From Candidatus Bathyarchaeota archaeon (lineage in GTDB: Archaea > Thermoproteota > Bathyarchaeia > Bathyarchaeales > Bathycorpusculaceae): a stretch of DNA of 64,000 bases. Where the stretch lies: NCBI GenBank assembly GCA_963826715.1, contig CAWGYA010000008.1, positions 544,001 to 608,000 on the forward strand. The letters run 5' to 3'. The notes under the pieces are model-generated. The model did not search any database, had not been told where the DNA came from, and saw only the letters and a program-made list of their open reading frames with translations. Shown piece after piece: positions 51,687 to 59,899 of this stretch. Each line of letters opens with the position of its first letter. Within the stretch, counting starts at the first letter, position 1. The translations under genes were made by a program, and so were the position numbers.

Positions 51687-54287
51687 CTACAATTCTTTCT
51701 GATCATAACCTAAAATCACTAAGTCTGAGAACTCGGTGGGCTCTAACTTATCGAACTCTTTTTGGGGAATTTTTAGGTACTGCCAGTTATCATTGGTTAA
51801 ATTAGTTGCGTATTCACACCATAACTTCGCTGCCCTGTCCTTATGCTGTACGTCTTGGTCTTCGCGGCCCTTTGTTTCTATAAGGTAGTGATCGCCGTTT
51901 TCTAAAATTGTGATAAAATCGGGTTCATAATACCGAAGGTTTGCTGCCGAATCCGTGTACTCTATTGCAAAGCCGAACCTGCTGGGTAATTTAGCGAATT
52001 TGGTAGTTTCCTTGGACGATTGGAGGAACTTGGCAAATTGCAGTTCAAACGCGTTGTCACAGGGCACACGGTTCAAGACGCATTTGGATGCTCTTAGCGT
52101 CTGCCTTGAAAACGCAAAAGGCGCCATCTCTGACAGCTTTCTAGGCGGACCAACAAGTTCAGGTATCTTTTCTTCAATTATTACAGTCTGCAACGCCTTT
52201 ACAAAAGTCTGAACAGTTACGTATTGGCAAATGTTGCTGCTGATTGCTCTAATTATCGAGGGGTCATCTAGGTTTACTTTCCCTCCAAAAGCTTGCTCTT
52301 CTAGGAACTGCTTGATTTTTGGGACAAGATAAGCGAATTGGGAAGGCAATTTGAGTCTATTGGAGATTTCCTTTGCATAATAAGATATTACTTCTTGGGC
52401 GGTTTGCGCCTGAGGTATCTCATATTGACGCTCTATGAGTTTCTGAAGAGATAGAAAATCGTATCCTTCATACCGGAAAGTTTCTGTTTCTTCTTTGATT
52501 TCTTTTTTGGGGATTTTTGGCGCTTTAAAGGCTTTAACGTCTAGGGCTTGGATATGTTCCGAGAGCGATTTTTTGCGAACAAGAATTGGAGTAAGTAGGG
52601 GGACTTCTATGTCCATGTCAATTTTTTCGGGGTCAACCATTATTGTGACAATCTCCAGTTTTTCTTTTCCCAACTCAAAAGTTCCAAACTTGAGCCCTTC
52701 TATATTTTCCAAGGCTTCAACGAAACTGATGAAAGACTTGTTGCCGATAACGTCCAGCCTTTCGATATATTCCCCAGGCAGATCACGGAACATTAAACGT
52801 AGCCCTCGCCCTACGGTTTGTTCTGGGAGAATTTTAGCTTTTGAAGAGTAGGGTCTAAGACCGACTACTACGGTAACATTCTGTACATCCCAACCTTCCC
52901 GAAGCATAAGAACACTTACAATCGCGTTTACCGGGCTGGTTTCATAGTCAACTTCTCGGGAAGCCTGCCTTGCTACTTCCAGATCCTTTTTTGATACCTC
53001 GCCTTTTTTATCGGTGTGAATAATTAAGAGCTTGTTTTCTCCAAAGTATTCGGGGTAACGTTTTTGGAGGTAATCCCCGACATCATCTGCGTCGGAAGTG
53101 TTATTCATCATAACAAAAAGAATTGGTTTCTTCTTCAGGGGTTTTAGCTGCTCCCGGTATTCCGCCCATCTTTCGACACCCGCCGTTAAATAAGCTCGGT
53201 ATTTTGTACTGGCAATATTGGAACGCGCTTCAGTTATGCCAGAAGCTATACCTTTCAATGGGCGCTTAACTATTCCATCTTCTATTGCCCGCTTAAGAGG
53301 ATAATCGTACACTGTCCATGAAAATATTTCGCCACTGCTAAATCGTGGTGTCGCTGTAAAATCAAGTTGACCTTCAACTCCACCGGTTACCTTACTGTTC
53401 AAGCTTCTGATAATGTCATTCCATTTGAGGTCTTCATCATGTGTGTGATGGGCTTCATCGTTTAAAACTAAAATGGGGGCGCCTCTTTTTATTAAACGGG
53501 ACGTAAATCCTTCGACTGATTCTGCATCGGGTTTGGGTTTAGAACCAAGGACATCCGTCATCTCTTTTGGTTCATCGTTTTCTTGTTCCCGTTCATAGAA
53601 TTGTTGAATGTTTGTTAAATAAAATGCCCCCTCAGACTGGGCTCTTTCTCCTTCACCGCGTACGTAACATTCAAAATCCCAGCTATTTAGGAACTGGGGT
53701 GGTATAACGGGGTCGGCACGAAAAATTCGACCACCAGCAAAGTCTGACCGTAGCCGCTCAAAAACTATAACGTTTGGTGCAATAAGCAGAAAAGTCTTTG
53801 AATACCCCAACGCCCCTTCCAGTATTGCGTTGAAGTATTGCCATGCAATAGCTAGAGACATTACTTTTGTCTTACCGCTTCCAGTTGCCATTTTAAAACA
53901 GTATCTTAAGAAATCATCATATTGCAACAAGTTTAGGTTTTTTGGTTTCAACGCGAATCTTTGAAGCAATTCCTTATGACTTTTTATTTTGGCAACTTCG
54001 AACAAGTAGACAAGTGTTTCCATTGCTTCACGTTGAGCTGTATGGTAAGCAAAAGGTTTACCGTTTGGCAGCCTGTGGTCAGAGTGAAACCAGTAATTTA
54101 GAAGGGTTTTTGTAGTTTCAGTGCACCCCTCGGGTCTATTATAGTTGCTTTCAACCCATTCCTTGATTGCTTGCCTTATTGCAGGAACACATGGACCAGT
54201 TTCAACACTATGAGCAACAATTTTCAATGAACCATTTGTGGAGGCAAGGCTGTACTGCTTGCGATCCAGCTTTTTTAATTTCTTCAT
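51687..54287 (-). CDS. res: Type III restriction endonuclease Res subunit (SF2 helicase + PD-(D/E)xK nuclease)
   Basis: MATGSGKT, NDEAHH, FTATP, LREGWDV, EQTVGRGLR, YEPDF...LIETKG; intact ORF. Confidence 0.92.
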   Translation of the reverse strand: MKKLKKLDRKQYSLASTNGSLKIVAHSVETGPCVPAIRQAIKEWVESNYNRPEGCTETTKTLLNYWFHSDHRLPNGKPFAYHTAQREAMETLVYLFEVAKIKSHKELLQRFALKPKNLNLLQYDDFLRYCFKMATGSGKTKVMSLAIAWQYFNAILEGALGYSKTFLLIAPNVIVFERLRSDFAGGRIFRADPVIPPQFLNSWDFECYVRGEGERAQSEGAFYLTNIQQFYEREQENDEPKEMTDVLGSKPKPDAESVEGFTSRLIKRGAPILVLNDEAHHTHDEDLKWNDIIRSLNSKVTGGVEGQLDFTATPRFSSGEIFSWTVYDYPLKRAIEDGIVKRPLKGIASGITEARSNIASTKYRAYLTAGVERWAEYREQLKPLKKKPILFVMMNNTSDADDVGDYLQKRYPEYFGENKLLIIHTDKKGEVSKKDLEVARQASREVDYETSPVNAIVSVLMLREGWDVQNVTVVVGLRPYSSKAKILPEQTVGRGLRLMFRDLPGEYIERLDVIGNKSFISFVEALENIEGLKFGTFELGKEKLEIVTIMVDPEKIDMDIEVPLLTPILVRKKSLSEHIQALDVKAFKAPKIPKKEIKEETETFRYEGYDFLSLQKLIERQYEIPQAQTAQEVISYYAKEISNRLKLPSQFAYLVPKIKQFLEEQAFGGKVNLDDPSIIRAISSNICQYVTVQTFVKALQTVIIEEKIPELVGPPRKLSEMAPFAFSRQTLRASKCVLNRVPCDNAFELQFAKFLQSSKETTKFAKLPSRFGFAIEYTDSAANLRYYEPDFITILENGDHYLIETKGREDQDVQHKDRAAKLWCEYATNLTNDNWQYLKIPQKEFDKLEPTEFSDLVILGYDQKEL

Positions 54288-56237
54288 CGAACGGTCACCA
54301 TTAGCAGTTTTGTTGTATCATTTCCCAGAAGGTCCACTACCTTGACAACAACACGGTATTCTCCAGGTTCAGTGTAAGTCTTGGACGCTTCAGTTGTTAA
54401 CCTGGGGTTTTCTCTTGTACGGTATTCTTGCCATTCATTATGGAAAGTATCATCTTTATTGTCCCAATCAATAGCCCAGTAATCAACCCACTGAGACCAA
54501 TGCTTAATCTCCTTTTGAACTTCGGCAGGGACATCATCAGCAGGAATTACAAAGTCATTGATTTTAACTGAAACTTTTTTACCTGTGGTCTTGAGGGCGA
54601 CATCTAAAGATGCAAGCTCAAAGAACTTAACATCACCTTGCTCAACGGCTTTCTTGTCGAGCATCTCTCGTGGAATACGTAGGAAATGAATATCAACATT
54701 AGCTTGAGCTGCTTGTTGTCTTGCAAGCTCATTTAGTTCAAATGCAAAATCCCAACCTAAAATGTCAATACCGTTTGTTTTGGGTGCTTCGTTGCCCGCG
54801 CCTATTGAACGCTTAAACTCAGCAACTATTTGCTCTACGTCCAAAGGTGAGATTGGCGAATAGACAGAACCAACATGAACTGAGTATAAATTTTTTGAAG
54901 TGAAGATATAAGTAAAAGTTTAGTGGTTAGGTGGAATATAATTAAAGAATGAAACTAATGTAAGAGGTAATTATAGTCTTGGCTTCATCTAAGAACTCAG
55001 CGGCTTGCGAAGACTGAGATAGTACTTATACAGGTTCTGTATAATGAACGGTCTTACGTTGTTTACATCTGAAATAGCTTTCTAGTAGTATGGATAGCAA
55101 ACGGAATAAGGTCAAGAGTAATATATAGTATTTCTAATGTCTGAGCAACGCAGCAGTAGTAACACTGACACAAAAACAATCTAAAATAAGGTAGCTTTCA
55201 TTAGACGAAGTATTGATTATGCTTATAGTAAAGTTTCAGGTTTCTGGGTAGAATAACGCAGTCTTTATTTAGCTTGAGAGTTTATTGAGTAAATATCATA
55301 TCATATCTAGTGAACTATAGCAAGGCTCTTAGCTTAAAGAAAGTAGAGGTATAGTTTAAGCTGAGGCAATTAGATTAAGAGTAAATGAATATTTGCTCTT
55401 CTAATTTTAACATTTTTTCTTTTGTAAATAGATAGGCTCTTGTTAATACATGAAATTCATATACAGGGATAAGATTAGATGGCGGATTAAAGTTATCTAA
55501 TCTGAATAGGAGCGAGTTTTAGTTAACATGGTTAAAATGTGACTTTTTGTAGCTCTCTTTATATGGTACTTTTGGAGCATTGAATGTGTAATTTTTACTT
55601 TTTGAATAAAAAAATATTCTGTTTGTGACTTTGTTGAATCTTTTAGCATCTGTATGGAAGTTGAAACGTTTTTAAATAATTTCGTTTAGAAAATTTTCAC
55701 GGTTAAAAATCTCGTTTATAACTACTTTTATTTCTGGTCTTATATGGGAATCTAAGTGAACGTATATGTTTTTATTTTCATGTAACAACTAGTGCAACAA
55801 AACAGCGGTTTCATAGAACTATTGAAGATATGAATAGAGATTTTGCGTTTATATATCTCTATACGCTTTTTGTTCAATAATACTTGGTTCTTTGTCGAAT
55901 GTTGTGGTTTCTTCTTTATCTCTTCCTTCATAATCAGGAATGCTTGCGACTAACGAAAAATCTCAAGAGTTGCAAAAGGTGGGTCAATATAAATTAGGTT
56001 AACTTTCTCTACAAATTCTGGTAACGGATTAGGCAGAACATATTTTTTGTCTCTTTATATTAGTCGGTTTCTCTATTCTGTATTTCCTAGTTTGGTTAGG
56101 AATATTTATATGGATTTTTGGCGTTGTTGGGTTGATTCGTTTAGTGTTTCTATTGTTTGTAAGAGGATCGCTATTTATAGGGTTTTTTTTTTGTTTCCGT
56201 TTTTGTCGTATTTTTTGTCTCAGTCTAACTTAACTAA
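54284..56237 (-). pseudogene. mod: Type III Mod adenine methyltransferase; 5' ~1.4 kb heavily mutated, 3' 560 bp intact
   Basis: Manual minus-strand translation recovers NRLI*RDKKYVLP..PEF..KVNLIYIDPPFAT (DPPF 55974-55985), KEPSIIEQKAYRD, IYVHLD, ENFLNEII*KR, Y.TQKPE.LL, LILDCFCVSVTT (degenerate FxGxG, 55161-55175), FAIHTTRK, PFIIQNL, VHVGSV. This joins the intact 54284-54844 ORF. At least 15 in-frame stops and several 1-nt indels. Confidence 0.92.
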
Positions 56238-56363
56238 GGATACACCGCTAAGTTAATCAGCACTTGATTTATTTAAAACTATTAATTAATGGCTCATTTT
56301 TTTCTAGCCTTAAATTATCGAGCACTATGTAATCCTGTGCCAGCTTGTTAATGAGAGTTGAAA

Positions 56364-56847
56364 TCAATTTTGAAGTGTAGCTGGGACATACTGCATGGAA
56401 ACGGTTATTCGCTTTCGGCTAAGACTTCCTCTTATTTCATTGTTTATCCTTGAGTTATCTCTTCCCTTGCTTGCGTGTCCAAATCGGGTTATTTTCCAGT
56501 TTTCCATGTTTCCCCGTAATGATCTGAGGGTTACTTGTTAGGATGAAGAAAGGCATTTTTGTTTGGGAAGAGTAAAGTTCAGCGATAAAGTTTAGGAGTC
56601 GTTTTCCAACGCCGATTCCTTGATAATCTGGCAGCACAACTAAGCGGCTGACACGATAATATTTTGCTTTCATTCTTACGCATGCAACAGCTATGAACGC
56701 AATGGGCTTGTCTTGATAGACTGCGGTGTAGCATCGGACTCCTGCACCAAGACTACCGTTTAGATAGTGATATTGCCGAAACATCTGCCAAAGGGAATTG
56801 CCGCACCGATAGATTTGGAGTTCAACGGGCGGCCGACTTCTTTTTTT
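56364..56847 (-). pseudogene. GNAT/Mom-like acetyltransferase (frameshifted near 56518)
   Basis: W.MFRQYHYL, RVSRLVVLPDYQGIGVG, TSNP. Another frame continues RGNMENWKITRFG...SRKRITVSMQY to a stop at 56364. Confidence 0.8.
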
Positions 56848-57441
56848 CGGCTAAACTCCATCGTGTCAGTGCAGAATACCCAATCGGGATCAAGCCAATC
56901 AACAACATCATAATGGCAGGTTACGGCAATGAACTTCTTTTTAGATCGTCGAACAGCTTTGCTAATGGCAAAAGCGCTCACTTTGGCTATTTCCCTATCG
57001 ACAACACTTGTGAACTCATCAAAAACTATCAGAGGCTTATCTAAGCAGAGTGCTCGGGCAATGTCAACACGCATCTTTTCACCTTGACTAAGGCAATCAT
57101 AACTTTTAAGCCAATCGGGTGGAGAAGCAAACCCTACGCTGCAAAGAGTTTTAGTGATTTCTCCTGTTTCAAGCTCTTCGGGAAAATCATCAAGAACGCA
57201 CTTGATGCGAATACTCAAAGCCTCTGATGTAGGCGTCAGGGAAAAGCTGTTTAGCTATGCTTGTTTTGCCTGAACCACTGCGACCAACAATAACACCAAC
57301 TTGCCAATCATTATCTTCTATGGGTAAGGAGCCTTTGAAATGCTTCTCCAACTTGACTTCAGATAGCGTATAGCTGCCAACAACGCTTTGAGACCTGAAA
57401 CTGTCTGCTTGATCCCACTTTCTTACAATGTCAAAATCCGT
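56760..57441 (-). pseudogene. soluble phage-type ABC ATPase (frameshifted near 57203)
   Basis: Walker A IVGRSGSGKT (57261-57285) in an upstream frame missing from the ORF track; LSQGEKMR, DEFTSVVDR, VTCHYDV..WL.PDW in ORF 56760-57218. Confidence 0.82.
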
Positions 57442-57993
57442 AGCTTATACCCCTCCGATTTTAGCTTCTCAAAAATGCTTTTCTGATTAGCTTCATCTTT
57501 GCATTCAATGATTATCTCGTAGGTCTCAGGAATAGAGAGCGAAAACTCGCGTTCATCTAAATCCTCGGGCAGCTTCTCACCGATTGATTCAAGAAGCGCC
57601 TTTAAATCCTCTTTTTCGCCCGGCTGTATTATGCGAATGTACTCAGCGCTATCAAGCTCACTTGTTGTGTTTGCCCTTGAGCTTGTTTAGGATTTGCCTA
57701 AGCATCCTTCTATCAACATCAGTGACAGATAAACGAAGAACGGGAGCATAGAACTCGCTGTGTTGCTTGCAAATTTCACTGCGCTGCTCGCCATCAACAA
57801 AAACGCCGTCTTTATTGGTTATTATCGGATATGCCCAACCGTATTTTTGGAGACTTCTCCAGATTTGCTCTTGCTGCTTGAGGGTTGTGCGGTTAGGGTT
57901 GTTTTGATCTACTGTTAAAAGACGAATGTCTTCTAAGAGGGGCATGTAGGCTTCTGGGACTTTAAGGGTTATTTTCTTTTCCAAGTAAATCAC
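57423..57993 (-). pseudogene. ParB/Srx N-terminal domain protein (frameshifted near 57660)
   Basis: NNPN, SLQKYGWAYPI, VDGEQR, LNKLKG. After a +1 shift it continues ELDSAEY...YEIIIECKDEANQK..FEKL..EGYKLRILTL*. Confidence 0.8.
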
Positions 57994-58019
57994 TCAGTTT
58001 TTGTTTTTCATTAACGTAG

Positions 58020-58445
58020 TTAGGATAATAGCTCATCAATTAACACCTCGCTTTTGGCAAGCTCATTGGTCAACTCTGAGTGCCGCTTGTATGTATCCTG
58101 TTTCTGCTTCAAGGTTTCTAAACCAAGCAGAGCTAAGAAGCGATCAGTGATGTCTACCATGCGAGAGAGATAAAGGGGTTTTTGGGTTTCGCTTGCAGTT
58201 TGAAAGTGAAGGCTCGCCTGCCGATAGAAAAAATCATAACGGTTAACAACCATAAGACGCGCATGGTCAAAGTCAAAGAGCTGAGTTAAGACGGGTTGCC
58301 AAGTATTGCGGTTTTCTGCATCATAATAGATATTTCACTCTGAAGTTTGATATTTTTCGCTAAGAAACTTCACAATCTCACAGAGGGAAAAGCCTTTAGC
58401 TTCGAGCTTTAAGAATTCGAGGCGTCTTTCAAGCACATCATTCAC
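58020..58445 (-). pseudogene. HTH protein, terminase-small-subunit-like, with one in-frame TGA
   Basis: GTG start overlaps the upstream stop; VLERRLEFLKLEAKGFSLCEIVKFLSEKYQTSE*NIYYD, in frame with ORF 58020-58253; TGA at 58335-58337. The TerS label is inferred from the HTH and gene context. Confidence 0.55.
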
Positions 58446-59164
58446 GCTAAATCCTCCAAAATTGAAACCCCGACTTCAAAATCGCTGTACTCAGTGGTAC
58501 GCCGCAGGATATCACCTTCAAGCTTGACTGATCTTCGTTGCTGGTCAGAGAGAAAATAATAGGGGTCCTCAAAAACCGCAACATGATACTTGCGACAAAT
58601 CTTGAAGTAGGCCTCCACTATCTCAAAAATGTCAGCATCATGCAGAACCGATTGGAAGGACCTTTTGCCGGGGGCTTTGTTCCAGTTGTAGGTTAGATGC
58701 CAATAGAAGCGGAGGCAGACTTTCTCATAATCGCTGGCTTGAGCCTGCAAAACAGCAATCTTTCCGTAGATTACCTCTAATTTTATCATTAGCTGAAAAA
58801 ACAGCTTCTTTTTTGGGTCATCTTTAGCTAAAGCCATATTGATTTGTACTGAATCTTCGGGCATTTCAGTCCATACCCGCCCCAACTGCTCTGCTTCCTG
58901 TCGTGTCTGGGGATAGTTCTCCAGGAGGTACTTGCGGGTTTTAGCGTAGCTTATCAGTATCTGTGTTTCAGCACCCGACATTAAAGAGGTATCACTGCCA
59001 CATGCATCCAAGGTTTCCGGAAAAAGCTGCTGCAAGGTAACGTTTTCTGGAACGATGCCCTGTTGTTTGAGTTTTTCCAGCACTTCAGGGGAATAGATTG
59101 TTGGTTCTGCTTTTTCCCTATCTGGGTTGTATTGTCTCACTTTTTCTTTGAAGTCTTCAAACAT
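58442..59164 (-). CDS. hypothetical protein
   Basis: 240-aa intact ORF heading the HTH-ParB-ABC-GNAT string. Confidence 0.7.
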   Translation of the reverse strand: MFEDFKEKVRQYNPDREKAEPTIYSPEVLEKLKQQGIVPENVTLQQLFPETLDACGSDTSLMSGAETQILISYAKTRKYLLENYPQTRQEAEQLGRVWTEMPEDSVQINMALAKDDPKKKLFFQLMIKLEVIYGKIAVLQAQASDYEKVCLRFYWHLTYNWNKAPGKRSFQSVLHDADIFEIVEAYFKICRKYHVAVFEDPYYFLSDQQRRSVKLEGDILRRTTEYSDFEVGVSILEDLA

Positions 59165-59344
59165 GCCTTAGCTCGAATCCATCTGCAGACTCCCACACCC
59201 TGGAGAAAAGACAACAAAGCGAGTTAGCTCTTAAGACACCACAAAACAAGACAACGATTCTTTAATTATATCGGCAACAAATAAAACTTACGCCAAGTTA
59301 ATTCCTTTACCGCAAGTAATAATACGCTTACTTTATTCTATAGA

Positions 59345-59884
59345 GTGCTTATGAAATCATTGGGTGCCTACTTTAAGTCGGAAACATTCGATATTATGGC
59401 TCTTTTTTTTACAATCGTTACCCTTCTTTCTTTTTCAGTTGTCAGTCTTTATGCATTGTGGGCAGGTCCAATAGACATAATATTGCCATTAAAGATCACC
59501 TTGATTGCCTTTCTCATAATTTTGTATGTGAAACTTATTTTTTCTTTAATAACATCTGTCCGAAGCCGCGATTTAATGGAAATTCTACTCTCAGTTGTTT
59601 TTTTTATTTTACCGCCTTTTATTTTATTTTCTTTAAGCTCTTTTGTTCTTCAGTTTGTATATGAAAATGTAATAATCATAAACCTTGAAAATGTTTTGAT
59701 TGAAAATAAATTGATTTTGACAGCAGGATTAATTCTGATTTTCGGTTCTCTACTAAAAAATATTCTATATTTCCAATCACTAATCAAAGAAAAGTTGTTT
59801 GTAGTAGAAGAATGGAAAACAGATTGGGCCTTATTTGTGGATAAGGTAAAAACCCGATTAAATTACAAACAGAAAGAACCTTGA
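59345..59884 (+). CDS. four-TM membrane protein of unknown function
   Basis: Four long hydrophobic segments; AT-rich. Confidence 0.65.
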   Translation: MLMKSLGAYFKSETFDIMALFFTIVTLLSFSVVSLYALWAGPIDIILPLKITLIAFLIILYVKLIFSLITSVRSRDLMEILLSVVFFILPPFILFSLSSFVLQFVYENVIIINLENVLIENKLILTAGLILIFGSLLKNILYFQSLIKEKLFVVEEWKTDWALFVDKVKTRLNYKQKEP

Positions 59885-59899
59885 GGGCAAGCCTTTCTC

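Noticed and set aside
51569-51805. 78-aa + strand ORF overlapping the res 3' end
   Set aside because: Half of it is antisense to res and it has no motifs.
54845-56237. Diversity-generating retroelement as the cause of the mutations
   Set aside because: DGRs mutate adenines within a short VR copied from a TR. Here guanines are lost over 1.4 kb, and there is no TR/VR pair or reverse transcriptase in the window.
56047-56256. 69-aa + strand ORF
   Set aside because: It is the T-rich antisense shadow of the degraded mod 5' end.
54845-56300. Possible CRISPR array, origin or ncRNA in the long ORF-free AT-rich stretch
   Set aside because: No periodic repeats are visible; the region is fully explained as the mutated 5' part of mod.
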